NCBI GenBank assembly: GCA_030704615.1
Contig: CM060734.1
Location: forward strand, 26,412,001 to 26,476,000
Reading direction: 5' to 3'
From: Takakia lepidozioides
Lineage: Eukaryota > Plantae > Bryophyta
DNA length: 64,000 nt
A program made the translations under genes and the position numbers. The notes under the pieces are model-generated. The model had not been told where the DNA came from. It searched no databases and worked only from the letters and a program-made list of their open reading frames with translations. Positions 1 to 12,916 of this stretch are shown here, one piece after another (the stretch's first letter is position 1; each line of letters begins with the position of its first letter).

Positions 1-960
1 CCCCCCCCCCCCACCATTTTATTATTATTTTTCCCCCTAAACAGTCCCTCTCTCTCCCTCTCTCTCCACATCTTCATGGGACAGAGGGAGAGATGAGGGA
101 AAAGAGGGAGAGAGAGGGACAGAGGGAGATGAAAAAAGAAGAAGATGAAAAACAAAAAAAAGATGGTGGGGGGGGGGAGGGGGGGGGGGGGGGGGGGGGG
201 GTGGTGAGAGAGCGAGAGACGGAGAGAGAAGGAGAGATGAGGGAAAAATAAATAAAAAATGGTGGGGAGTGACTGAGCAGCTGCTCCCTCTCTCTCTCTC
301 TCCCCCTCTCTCTCCACACCGTGATGGGACAGAGGGAGAGATGAGGGACAAGAGGGAGAGAGAGGGACTGTTGAGGGGGAAAAAAAACAAAAAAGTGGGG
401 GGGGGGGGGGGCAGCTGCTCCAGTCACTTCCCCACCCCCCGACCATTTTTATTTTTTTTCCCCCCTCAACAGTCCCTCTCTCTCCACATCCTGATGGGAC
501 AGAAGGAGACAGAGGGACAGAGGGACAAAGAGGAAGAGATGAGGGAAAAGAGGGAGAGAGGGAGAGAGTGGGAGAGATGAGGGAAGAAAAATAAAAAAGA
601 AGGTTGGGGGGGGGGGAGTGACTCAGCAGCTGCTGCTGCTCAGTCACTCCCCCCCCCACCTTTTCGTTTTTTGTTTTTGGAATGGTGGGGGGTGCTGAGA
701 GCAGCTTGCTGCTGCTGGTCTTAGCCCCCCCCCCCGACCTTTCATTTTTTGGTTTTGGCAATGGTGGGGGGCGCTGAGAGCTGCAACAGCAAGTACTTGC
801 TGCTGCTGCTCTCTGTCCCCCCCACCTTTTTTTTTTTCTTTTTGGAATGGTGGGGGGCTGACAGCAGTAGCAAGTGCTGGTGCTCTCAGCACCCACCCCC
901 CCCCCCCCCCCCCTCTTTTCATTTTTTGCTTATCAGCAGAGAGAGAAGAGGGGGAGATGG
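1..960. repeat. G/GA-rich low-complexity region with direct repeats and GAGTGACT..GCAGCTGC..AGTCACTC hairpins
   Basis: The block CTCTCTCCACA..ATGGGACAGA(G)GGAGA recurs near 60, 305 and 477. A near-perfect hairpin GGGGAGTGACTCAGCAGC-TGCT-GCTGCTCAGTCACTCCCC lies at ~613-652. Long G and C homopolymers are present. Confidence 0.8.
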
Positions 961-1081
961 AGAAGGACATAAAGATAGAGGGAGATGGAGAGAGGGGAAG
1001 GGGGAGGGTCAGGCCTTGTTTGTTTTTGGCATGTGAAATCACACGGTAGTAGTGTTGTGGGTGCAGGGATAAGCTAGTAGT

Positions 1082-3226
1082 ATGGCGAAGGACAAGGAGA
1101 AGGTAGGGAAGCCTGTAGGGAAGCCTGACAACGCTCCCGTCATTGACGGCCGTGTGACACGGTCCACTTGGTCCAAACTCACCAGCCCTATAGGCGGCTA
1201 TGTGAGAGGACCAAGCCGTAAGGCTGTCGAGGCCTCCACGCCCTCGAAGGTTGAGGCTGGGGATGCCTCCACTTGAGGGTGGTGCACCCAATGTTCAGGC
1301 TGGGATGCCACCCCACGGGCTGATGGAGGGCCCTGACTTTTACGCGGGGAAGCGCATTCTCAGATCTGCCGCCAGGTATGGGCAACTTGATCTTAGCCCC
1401 ACCGCTTATGCCTTTTCCCCTTCTTCTGCAGCCAAGAGGGCTTATAAGGGGGGGGGGGGGGGGGGTCAGAAGGGGGTGGGTTCCTCCTCACCTTGGGAGA
1501 AGAGGGAGGCTTCAAAGGAGGCCGCAATGAGGTGGAAGGAGGAGGAAAGGAAGAGGGAGGAAGACAAGAAGAGGGAAGAGGGAAATAAAGGGGCACGAGA
1601 AAGGGAGGGGGAAGAGGAGAGGGTGACATTGGCTATGGAGGGCCCCTTGCGAAGTCCGTTGCCTAAACGGTCAATGAAGAAGACCCTGGACTTTGCGGCG
1701 CCGCCTGCGAGCCTATTGGGTGCATGGGATAGGCTTTCACCCTTATTCCGAGAGGGCGTTATGGGGGGTGCACCACAAGCGGGGACCGAGGGCAACATTG
1801 AGGTCATGGACGCAAAGGTGAGCCTCTTTCCTTCACCTTTTTTTCTTTCCTTTGCCTTTCATTTTGTTTCTGGTTTATTTCTAATTTTGTGGGTTTTGTG
1901 TTCAGGAGCTTGGCGCATTCGTGGCTAAGCTTGTGGCAAGCAGTGGGATTGCCACCGACAAAGCAGGGACAGTGGTGGTGCCTACCCGTGGGGACGGTAA
2001 GAGGAAGAGGAAAATATGTCGTGTCCCCGAAGGAGGGTAGGGAAGTAGTGGAGGGGAAGGGGAAAGGACAGGCCCAGGAGAGGGAGCGTAAGAGAAAGAG
2101 GCGTAGAAGGAGAGAGGTGCAGCCGAGGGAGGGCACTAGTGGGGGAACAAAAGACAAGGGGGAGCTAGTTCAGATGAGCGTGCAACCGGTGGAGGGCATT
2201 ACCGGGGCAACAAAAGACAAAGGAGAGGTAGTTCAGAAGAGCGTGGACGAGGTAAAGACCTCGGGTCCCCACAACCTTGATTTGCCAAAGATGAAGGTGC
2301 CCCCCTTAGAGACCAATAAGGTCGATGACCCCATTGTGAGTATTGGGAGGCCATGAAAAAAGTAGCCTTCGACTTAGCGGCGAGGTGGTTCCCTTGGCAT
2401 ATTGATTGGCCACGCCAATCACATCGCCATAGGCGAGCATTCGTGCAAGCACTTGAGGGCACATTTTCGGGTGAGTGGAATGAGGGGAAGCTCTTGGAGC
2501 TGGTGGGAAAGAACCTCAAGGACAAGAGGTACCATGCGCGACAAACCATTCGCAAGGCACTCAAGGCGGGGGTCGAACCAACGACCATGCCACATGGAAT
2601 AACCAAGGTAAGAGTGCATGTTCATTGCGGTATGGAGTTCATTAACATTTATAGTGTCTTTGTTGGGGCTGGACAGGAATCTTGGGAGGCTCTCATCGTA
2701 GGGGAGAGGGAAGAGCTGAAGGCGGAGATCTTCGCAAGGGGACGTGCGGCAACTGCAGCCCGCCTCGAGAAGTGTGCGGCATCAACACACAAGTGGGGCC
2801 CCGGCAGAAGCAAGAGTTTTGTCACCTGATTTGTAAGTGTTCTTTCTCTTGTCATACCCATTCTTCTTTTTTAGCTTCTTCTTTCCATTATGAATTCTGA
2901 CCTGTCATTGCATTTGTATGTCATGTGCAGAAAAAGAAGTTTCAGAGGCCTCCCTCCGCCATCGAGCACAACTTTTGCAAGACTCAGGGGTGGAAGGCCC
3001 TTGTAGCCTCAATGGCCAAGACGCCACAATTGACGGAGGATAGTGCATCTGTAGGGGTGGGGATGGGTAGTTCAGTGGCTCGGCCGGATGGGGGAGAGCC
3101 AGTAGTAGGGGTGGTTCGAAGGATGATGTAATCTCGGACTTGGCCTCATCATCCGCCAAATTGGAGGCCCATCGTAGCTTGCATTCCTCGGACGAGTACA
3201 TCTATGACTCAGGTGATGAGGAGTGA
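1082..3226 (+). pseudogene. Spliced, degenerate CACTA accessory gene (PTTA/TnpA, Transposase_24-like)
   Basis: ORF pieces 1082-1928, 1889-2356, 2353-2829 and ~2930-3226 have GT..AG boundaries (e.g. AAG|GTAAG at 2608, ACAG|GAA at 2677). The segment KDKRYHARQ..MPHGITK|ESWEALI..RAATAARL..STHKWGPG..SF resembles the plant En/Spm PTTA domain. Frameshifts and stops are present. Confidence 0.5.
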
Positions 3227-6200
3227 GGGATGGTTCCCAGTTAGAGACATGTAAAGGTAGTACTCGCTTTATGTATATATATTTTCAGTTGCCATTTCGA
3301 TCCTCATTCTAACCTTAATGGACATGTGGATTTGGTGTGTCGACCTATATATTAGAATGCATGCAATTCATGCAAGCATGAGGCACACCCCAACCCCAAG
3401 AAACCCCTCCTCCTCCCCCCCAAACAAAAAAAAAACCCCAAAACCCCACCCCAAGGATGTAGTGTGCAAACCCCGATGTCGCAGAACAAAATAGAGCCAA
3501 AAATAAAATCATTACGCCCCTCAAAACCGCAATCCTATATTTTCTAAAGGCAAATATTCATTTTAAATTCATTTAAATTCGATTTAATTCAAAATTGGTT
3601 CAAGGGTGAGTGCGTCGTTGGGGAGGCAAATGTTTTTTTTTTTTTGGCTGGATCTTTGCACACGTATTGCACGCATATTTAAGCACATGTGGGAAAAAGT
3701 GAAGCTCGAGCCACATCCGTTTGATGGGTGCAATGGCATGAGAGGATTTTCTTTCACATTAATAAACAAAAATTGGTTGATCGGGTGAACGCGTCCTTGG
3801 GGGGGCAAATGATTTTGTTTGGGTTTGAAACTTTGCATGCGTGACGTTGCGCACATACATGTAATTAGTGAATGACATATTTGATGCATGCACACATTGA
3901 AGGTTGTTGTTTGCATTTCGCTTATAATAAGTTGTATGGTTGTAAGGACACATTATAATATATGCCCGTATGTTCATTTGTTCGTATCAGGACTTTGTCC
4001 ATCCCTTCCCGATGCTTTCTTGGGGGACCCCATCCAAAAACAACCCAAGTACATTAGGTGGGAGCCGTGGGCGAGACGCCGCCCCCACCGTTTATCAAGT
4101 ACCGAACGATGATGATGACGATAGTGACATTGATAGCAGCAGTGAGGATGGAATTAACCAGGAGGATGTGCAAGCTATGGAGGATCTCTTAATGCATCAT
4201 ATAGGGTTTGATGCAACCCATGGAGAAGAAACCAAGCCAATCGCTGATCCTGAAATGGGCCCCTCAAATGACATGGAGAGGGAGACGAGAACTCCCTTGT
4301 ACGAAGGGGCGAAAGTGAGTCGACTTTCAACAATCTTACTATTGCTCAATCTTCAAGTTCAATTTGGCATAAATAATGTTGGGATGTCTGCCATAATGAG
4401 AACTATTGCGAACTATATCCTTGCTCCACACTTGAAACCCAAGATGCCACGGTCGCGGAAAGAGGCGCGCGAAGTGTTGGACTCCGTGGGGATGGGCTAT
4501 AAGATTTTTCATGCATGTCCATGTGATAAAACCCTATACTACGGAGAGGATTCGCGTCTCACCAAGTGCCCAAAGCGCAAAGAAGACCGATATTGGGATG
4601 ATGTCCAAAGGAAAAAAAGTACCACGCAAGGTATAAGCGCCATTCCCCCTCGCATGAAAATTTTCTTCTTTAATCTTGTCAATGCATGTCAAGTATATTC
4701 CACAAAGTTTGGGGTTTAGAGAGTAGTACTCATGCAAGATCTGATTGTGGCTTTGGAAGGAGTGAGTAATACTAGCGACGTTCGGTTTTGACCATTCACG
4801 CCCAAATGAGGGAGAGGCTGACATGAGGGTGTTGTATTATGTGTCCTAATGGGGTATTCCATCCTAGAAAATGCATTACTTTCTATTCATCCCGCGATTG
4901 AAGGCACACTACCGAAGCCCGGAGTTGGCAACACTGATGAGATGGCACGCCTCGCATCGGAGCCCCCTGGGAAAGGTGTGCGGGCCACAAGATTCACAAG
5001 CATGGAGGCATACTGAAGAGATGTGGCCTTTTCTCTTGGAGGACCCACGACATGTCCGCCTCGGCTTCTCCTCGGATGGGATCAACCCATACTCTGTCCA
5101 ATCATGTAGTCATTCCACTTGGCCGGTGACCTTGGTGAATTACAACATCCCTCCGTATCTTTCAATAAAAAAAGGCCATATCATGTTGGCTGCCATTGTA
5201 CCAGGTGAGTGTTCCCATTTCATGCTTATTATTCCCTTGGACTTTACATTAATCTTATGATCTTTGGCGCAATTTGGATGCAAGATTGATGAGTGACATA
5301 ATCATGGAGTTAGACGTGTAATTCATTATGTAGTATAATTTGCATAATGGTGGAGCATTGAAACAATGATGTGATTGTCTCATAGGGAAAAAACAAGTGG
5401 CAAACATGGACACGTACTTGCGACCTCTAGTTGATGAACTTAAGGAGCTATGGAGGGGGGTCCCGGCATTGGATGCTTCACTTGACCCTATGGCCGGACA
5501 ATCTTTTCAGAGGAGAGGCATATTGTTTTGGACAATGCATGATTATCCAGGTATATTATGTTCTCCATGAAGAACCCGCGTACATTTACTTGTCAAGGCC
5601 GGATAGTCTTGTCAAGGTGACAGTCTTGTGCACCGTAATGGGGTAGATGACACTATGGGCCATGCACATGAGAGCTTCTTGTCTTGGCTAATGTGGCGGG
5701 ATGTGTACAAGACTAACTGTTTGTTCGGGGCTAAGCACCAAAGGGTACCATGCGTGCTTGCATTGTGGCGATGATCTTGATGCACATAGCTCCCGCCATC
5801 TTCGCAAGATGGTGTATCCCAACTACCGCAAGTTTCTTTCTATGAGCCATCGATGGAGAAGAAGAGAGAAACACTTGTTTGATGGCAAAGAGGAGGTACC
5901 CCCCCCCGTGACACCATCCGGGCAGTTTTGGGAAGACCGATGGAAGAAGGTCCATGCGGGCACGGTCGGTGAAGTGGACGTGCCCGGCATGAAGCGACTT
6001 TCAATCTTCTATGAGTTGCCATATTGGGCGGTACGTATTCCACAAAAACACCGTCAATATCCCTATACATGCATGTGATATTGCACATTTGGTATGCGTT
6101 GCATTGTCACTTTCACGTCAAAATTTTTGTGTAAGTATTTGTGGGTGAGGATATATATAGGACCTGAAGATTCGCCATCTTCTAGATCCCATGCATGTTG

Positions 6201-6678
6201 AGAAGAATGTCTGCTCGTCCTTTTTTCGGGTTCTTCATGGTACATCGACAAAGAAGGGAGTGGCTGCAAAAGGAGATTCTCTCGGTGTTAGGAACTTGAG
6301 GAGCAGGGTCGCATGCGCCATCTATGGGCCGAACAAAATGGTGTGGACCCAAAGGGTGTTGTACGGTGGAAGTATAGGCGCGCACCTTGGCAATGGACAA
6401 AGGAGGAATACAATAATGTGATAGCCACCATAGGTGCTGTCCGAACACCAACTGGTTATGGGTCATCCCTCCGTATGAAGTTCAACAAAGACGGGGTCCA
6501 TGGTTTGAAGTTTCATGACTACCACAATATTTTGCAAGACATCTTGCCCATTGCAGTACGTGGGACATTGACTCCCGAGGTTCGCGAGACAATCTACAGA
6601 TGGGGAGGCTTGTTCCGGAGGATTTGCTCCAAAGAGTTGGAGGAAACGGATTTTCCACGCATGAAGAAGGAGGCGGCG

Positions 6679-7403
6679 TGTCGCGCACCTCACTTCGGTA
6701 AGCTCCCCTTCAAGTCATAGTTACTCGCTTTGATGCGCGCGCCTGACTCCCAACCTGGCCGCCCGGGCCAACTTGGAGCTTTGGCTGCTCATCGGGACAT
6801 AACGGTCCCCCTTTGCTTCCCTCTAAACCCTCCACCTATTTGGGACTAGGAGAATTCCCTTTGGTAGATGGCAGTCCGGAACAGCTCCCCTCTCTTTGGT
6901 CGCTTTCCGGCTCGTTCGCTTACTCACTAGTTTTTGGTCACCAACGGGCTTGCACCGTTCTCGGGGTTACTACTCCCTATATATACTTCTGTAGCTGTCC
7001 GCGGGGGTTTCATAACCAGCCATGCCATTTTATGGCGAACCACCACGAAAACCCTCGACTCCCGGTGATGAGTCGCGGTGAGTCTTGGCCCACTCATCAC
7101 GGCCCCTATGGACCGTGATGAGTCCCAAGACTCCCCACGACTCCCACCACGAGGTCTCCGCCCCCATGGTGAGTCCTATGCCACCCCCACTAAGTCCCGC
7201 TAAGCTACCACCACCCCTTGTGGAGCCACCCCCACCGCAACCCGGTGTGCGGGGCTCCACCTAGTGAGCGCCTCCGCCTCCTTGAGTGCCTTGGGCACTC
7301 AAGGTTGCTTCAGCCCCCATACCTATCGCTGCCGATGCCCCCACTACAGGGGCAGCCCCTCATGTGTCCCGACCCCCTGCCCTCAAGGCAAAGGGCCGCG
7401 ACA
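6679..7403 (-). repeat. 3' LTR (725 bp)
   Basis: Direct repeat of 12917-13641 with about 4 substitutions and 2 single-base indels by eye. A TATA-like TATATATA lies near 6978-6985. Confidence 0.95.
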
Positions 7404-7413
7404 CACCCCTACC
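7404..7413 (-). other. Polypurine tract
   Basis: Plus-strand CACCCCTACC reads GGTAGGGGTG on the minus strand, immediately upstream of the 3' LTR. Confidence 0.7.
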
Positions 7414-8305
7414 AACAGGGAGTCGATGTCCTCATCAACTTGTCCATTTTGTAGAAACGAACATCCAAGCTGTGGCGTCCCACATCAAGGAGTTTGTTTC
7501 CGCACCATGGCGTCCCATGGCAAAGAACCAAACCCCACACTTGACTCTACTCTCCACTAGCTAGTTCGGCCGACTTCCTCCAAGTCCCGGCCAAGGGTGG
7601 AGCCTCTCGAGCTCCTCCTAGTGCACTCTTCTTGGCCTACTTCAAGGCCAAGGAACGATCCTCCCCGAGGATCGAATCGCCTTACTGCAACAACATTGCT
7701 TGCGATCGCTCATGATGCCGCTTTTGGCATCACCTTGAGCAAGGGTTCCCTGGAACCCTCTTTGACTAGGAAGATAACCTTGAACCAACCGTGCGCCCCA
7801 ATCACTACAATTGGGTCCGCCTTGGAATGCTGGCCTGAGGTATGGGAACACGCCGAAGCCGCACTACGACTTCGTCCCGAGGCTACACGATTATAGTACG
7901 TGAACGGAAGCACGTAGCTTCCGCGTTAGCCCGCACTACAAGGCAACTCCCTCGGTAGCGCAGTTATAGTACGCGCACGCGCCAGGTGCGCACTAGCACG
8001 TGAACTCCCAAAGAAGTCGCAAGTTTCCTTGCCCCTTGGATGGGGGTCACCCGATTTCGGCACTACGCAAACACACGATTAACCCAATTTACCTCTCCCA
8101 CTTTTATAAGCTAGCATGCATTCTACACACTAGCCAACCATACCATGCATCACCATTCCAAACAAAATAGGACGCACACATTTGGAACCCATTTCCTTTA
8201 TAACAAATTTTTGTACAATACAAGTTTTTGTAATCGGATTCCTAAGCTAGCTAAGCCGGGCTAAGCATGCATTTCCTCCCCCACGCTCCAAGGTTGATGT
8301 CCCCA

Positions 8306-11300
8306 TCAACGTTTCTTCCGCTTTTGAGGTCGCCCTTCGAAAGCTGCAACCGCCTCGGATGCGTTTCCCATTTCTGAGGCACGCACCCAAGATGCCTCCA
8401 CATGATGATAGCCCTTCCATTTGACGAGATACTCCGTTTCTCGGTTCTTGAACCTCCTTGACTTAAGTATTGCCTCCACCTCGTACTCAGGTTCATTTTC
8501 ATGATCCAACAGCATAGGTGGCGGACGCAACACTTGATGCCGATTCGGACGCACTTCATCTTTGAAGTAAGGCTTCAAAAGGGAGACATGGAATACTGGG
8601 TGCACCTTGCTGTTTGCCGGCAGCTCCAATTCATACACATCCTCATTCATAACCTTCCGAATGCGAAAGGGTCCCGCATACGGAGGTACGAACTTCGGAC
8701 TCACTTCCGGAGGTAGTCGGAAATTCTTGATGTTCAACCAGACCTCTGTGCCTGCCTCAAACTTCACTTCCCTCCGCTTCCGATTCGCCTGCCTTTCATA
8801 CCGTTTCCTGGCTTTGGCAATGTTGTACTTTGCGAGCTTCAACAAACGCTCGCGTTCTTCCAGTACCGCCGCTACTGCCGGTTCCTCAACGTCCTGGGCG
8901 GCCCAACTTGTCGGCACCAGAGGTGCTTTTCCATAGACCAATACGAAAGGGGAAACTCCCGTTGCGGAGTGTTCTGTGTTATTATAACAGAACTCTGCCG
9001 CGTCTAAGTGTTCCACCCAGTCTGTTTGGTCTGCCGACACGTAATTCCGCAAGATCTGCTTCACTACGGAATTCACTCTTTCTGTTTGGCCGTCGGTCGT
9101 AGGTCGGAAGGCGGTGCTCATCTTCAGCCTCGTCCCCATCTTCTTCCAAAGTGTCCTCCAAAATTTACTCGTAAACTTTGGATCGCGATTCCGAGACAAT
9201 ATCCTTCGGGACTCCATGATGCTTTAAGACGTGGGCGAAGTAAAGTCGCCCTGTCTCCTGCGCCGTTGCCGTCTCCTTGGTGGGGATGAAATGGCCCATT
9301 TTACTGAACCTATCCACCACCACCATGATTGCATCGAATCCTTTTGACAGCGGCATAGCAGTCATGAAATCCATCGAGACGCTTTCCCAAGTCCCCTCTG
9401 GAATCGGCAAGGGTTGTAACAGCCCCGCTTGCTTTTTGTACTCGCTCCGGTTTTGTTGGCATGTGGTGCATGTCTTGACATACTCCTCTGCCTCCTCCCT
9501 CAGTTTGGGCCAGAAATACTCTTTCTTCAAGAGTGCCGTAGTGCGCTTGGCTCCGCCGTGGCCCGCAAGCGGGCTATCATGGCATTCTCTCAAGAGGCTA
9601 TCTCTGATCCCTCCCTTTGGCACGTAGAGACGTTTTTGCTTATACCGGAGCAGTCCATTTTGCAAGTGGAACTGCGATTTAACCCCCATCCTCAAGTCCT
9701 GCATCACGGACTTCGCCAGCTCATCCTTCCGGCAAGCCGTTTCGGATCTTCCTTTGGAGCGCCGTCTCGCCCTTGTACACCAACAAGAGCTGCTGCTTTC
9801 TACTTAAAGCATCGGCCACCACGTTGTCTCGTCCCGGTTTGTACTGGATATCCACGTCGAACACCGCCAAAGTATCTTGCCACCTAAGTTGTTTTGGGGA
9901 CAACTTGGGCTGCGTGGCAAAATACTTCACCGTGACATTGTCCGTGAACACCTTCACTGGGTTGGAACCAACATAATGGCGCCAAAGCTCAAGGCAATGC
10001 ACCACCGCCTTCATCTCTTTTTCGTGCGTAGGCCACCGTCGCTCCACTTCATTCAGTTTCTTACTTTCGTAAGCCACTGGACGTCCATCTTGCATAAGTA
10101 CACCCCAATCGCGAAGTCCGACGCATCTGTATGAATCTCAAATGGACGATCGAACTCCGGGATTTTCAAGACTGGAGCTTCCGCCATCCGCTGCTTCAAT
10201 TCAGCAAAAGCTTGGCCACAAAATGTGTTCCATACCAGACTTTGGATTTACACAGAAGGTCCGACAGCGGCCCCGCGATCTTGGCGAAATTTCTCACATA
10301 CTTCCGGTAATAGGAGGCGAGTCCTAGGAAGGATCGCACTCCCGGGACCGAAGTCGGAGGCTCCCAGTCCAAGATCGCCCTCACCTTTCTGTCATCCATT
10401 TTGATCCCATCCTGTGTAATCACATGCCCCAAGAACTCCACTTTCGTGACCCCGAATTCGCACTTTGAAGCTTTGGCGTACAGCTTCCCTTCCCGCAACT
10501 TTTGGAACACCCTTTTGAGGTGCTCCAGGTGCTCCTCCTTTGTTTTTGAGTACACCAAGATGTCGTCGATGTACACGATCACAAAGTCATCCAACCACTC
10601 CTGAAAAAGGCTGTTCATCAGCGTGCTAAAGGTCGCTGGTGCATTGGTGAGCCCAAAAGGCATCACCAAGAACTCATATGAACCATACCTTGTCCTGCAC
10701 GCGGTCTTCTCCTCATCTCCTTCCGCCACCCGAATTTGATGATAGCCGGAGCGCAAGTCGATCCGGCTGAAATACTTCGCTCCTGCCAACCAATCGAAGA
10801 GGTCGTCGATCCTTGGCAAAGGGTACCGGTTTTTGATAGTCACCTTATTCAGAGCCCTGTAATCGACACACATCCGCAGCGTCCCATCCTTCTTGTCTGA
10901 ATAGCACCGGGGCTCCGTAAGGTGACTTACTCGGCCGGATGTACCCCTTTGACATTAGATCCTTGAGCTGAGTCTTCAGCTCGACCAACTCTCTGTGGCT
11001 CAACCGGTAGGGCGCCTTGGCAGGCGGTTCCGATCCCGGTATCACCTCAATCTTGTGGTCAACTCCTCTTCGCGGTGGCAAGCCGCTTGGTAAATCCTCC
11101 GGCATCACATCCTGGTATTTCTCCAAAATCCCCTTGATCCAATCTTCGGCTCCCCATCGCCTTCTCCCTTCACTTCTCTAATGTAAAGCAAAAACTGGGG
11201 TTCGTGTGCCTCCTCCACGGCCCACTCCCTTGCTGACAGAAGGTTTATTCGCCCTCCCACGGATTTGGGCATTTCCGACACTCGTAAGACCTCGCCACCA

Positions 11301-12915
11301 TTCCCACATGGCAGCGTGACTACTCTCTTGCGGCCATCTATGACCGCTCCGGATTTACTCAGAAAGGTCATCCCCAAAATGAGATCTACTCCATCGATCT
11401 CGCAGATGGTGAAGTTCTCACGTCCCTGCCAACTCCCCAGTTGAAGAGGAACATTAAACGCCAACCTTGTCGCCAACTGTGGTTCTCCTTTGGCAGAACG
11501 CACCTCAATAGAGGCCCCCACGTCACTTGTCGGGAGTCCCAGCTTTTGTGCCGCCGCCGGTGTCATGAAGGAGTGCGACGCTCCTGTGTCCACCAACAAC
11601 GACACATTAGTTCCGGATATTATCCCATCCACGAACAATAACTGACTCCCTTTACGCAGGGCACCAGTTTCCTGATACAACTCACAAGAATGGTTGCCTA
11701 CCTTGCAAGTCCTGGCGACCACCACTTCCACCAAGCGACTGATGGTATCTTCCGACAGCTCCGTGGTCGCCCGAGTCATGTTCAATTGCCGGGGCTTCGT
11801 GCACTTCTTGGCCATGTGCCCGGGCTCCCCGCAATTGAAACACACTCCATCAAAGGTCGCCTTCTGTCCGCCATAAGCCGCTCCACCCGCTTTTCCTTTC
11901 GAAGCACCGGGTGCCGCCTTGACGTGTGAAGGCCCTCCCTTCGATTTCCACGTGCCATTATCGACGCGTGGCCTATCCCACTTCTTTTCCGGTCGGGAGG
12001 GGTCACCTTCCCGCCGGGTCTTCTTGTCGTTCAGCTCCGTACGGCCTTGTCTCTCACCCCTAGGGACATCCGAGAAACATTCAGCCCTCTCAATTGCCTC
12101 GTTCAAAGTCTTGGGTGGCTTCTCCTCCAACTTCCGCCTGGCCCATGAGGCTAGTCCCGCCACAAAGTTGAAGACCATTTCTGGTTCTGCCATGTCCGCG
12201 ACTTCGAGCAACAGCACATTGAAAGCCTGGACATACCCCCGAATGTCATCTGTTTGCTTCAAATTCCTCATCTTGTCCCGGGCAAGCCAGGACGCGTTGA
12301 GGGCACAAACTGTCTCTTCATCAATTCCTTGAACCCACTCCAGTTCAAGGTTTCCGGGCTTGGGCCTCGGTCGTGAAGGCGTTTCTGCCACCATTGTTGA
12401 GCATAGCCCCTCATATAGGTGGGAGCCACTTCCACCCGATCCTCGTCACTCAACTTGGCCGCCCGGAAGTACTGCTCTAGCTCCAGGAGCCAGGTGTTGA
12501 GTGCCTTCCGATTTTGAACGCCCTCGAAGGTGCCGGGTTCCTTAGGCTTCACCTTAAACTTTGCCTTAGTGGAAGTGGCATTAGCCGCCTTCAACACGTC
12601 TTTCAACGTCCCGCCAAACTGCGCCAACAACCCTTTCCAAAAGGCTGCCGGCATGGGAGGCATCTCTTGGTTTGTCGGAGCTCTCAAGGATTCCTCGGGC
12701 TCCGACTCCTTGGATTCCTCCCGCTCTTGAGCGGCCTCGTTTTCGGAAACATTCATCACTTCCTCAAACGGCCGCCTCGGTGACACGTCGCCCCCATCGG
12801 GCTCACCAGGATCATCATCTTTTGGGCCGTCCCGCTTTCGCTTTGGCTTGCCCGACCCCATGATGAGGCCAATCCCAAGAACGATCGCGTACTGAACTCT
12901 AAGCTCTGATACCAA
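8306..12915 (-). pseudogene. gag-pol polyprotein (Gag, CCHC knuckle, aspartic protease, RT, RNase H, integrase, chromodomain), broken by at least 6 frameshifts
   Basis: Motifs seen: CFNCGEPGHMAKKC; LVDTGASHSF; [31 protein letters not shown]; TDASD..YESKKL..EKEM..TDN; H..GH..C..C; SMDFM..VVVDRFSK..DGQTERVN; GPF motif; YEVEAILK..EYLVKWKGY..ASW (chromodomain). The seven consecutive ORF pieces each sit in a different frame from their neighbour. Confidence 0.95.
12903..12914 (-). other. Primer-binding site complementary to initiator tRNA-Met
   Basis: The minus strand reads TGGTATCAGAGC, 2 nt downstream of the 5' LTR end. Confidence 0.9.
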
Positions 12916-12916
12916 G

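Noticed and set aside
37-1036. Several 95-215 aa ORFs rich in P, G, S, E and R
   Set aside because: They are translations of G/C homopolymers and GA repeats with no domain signal.
1046-1054. GTAGTAGTG as a possible CACTA terminus
   Set aside because: It is in right-end orientation, does not match the TIR at 15683-15702 beyond the core, and has no TTGCCAC subterminal repeats.
6813-7896. ORFs within the LTRs and the ~900-bp region between integrase and the PPT (possible env-like or extra ORF)
   Set aside because: They are short, have no recognisable motif or transmembrane pattern, and the LTR ORF differs by a frameshift between the two LTRs. An extra ORF cannot be fully excluded without a family consensus.
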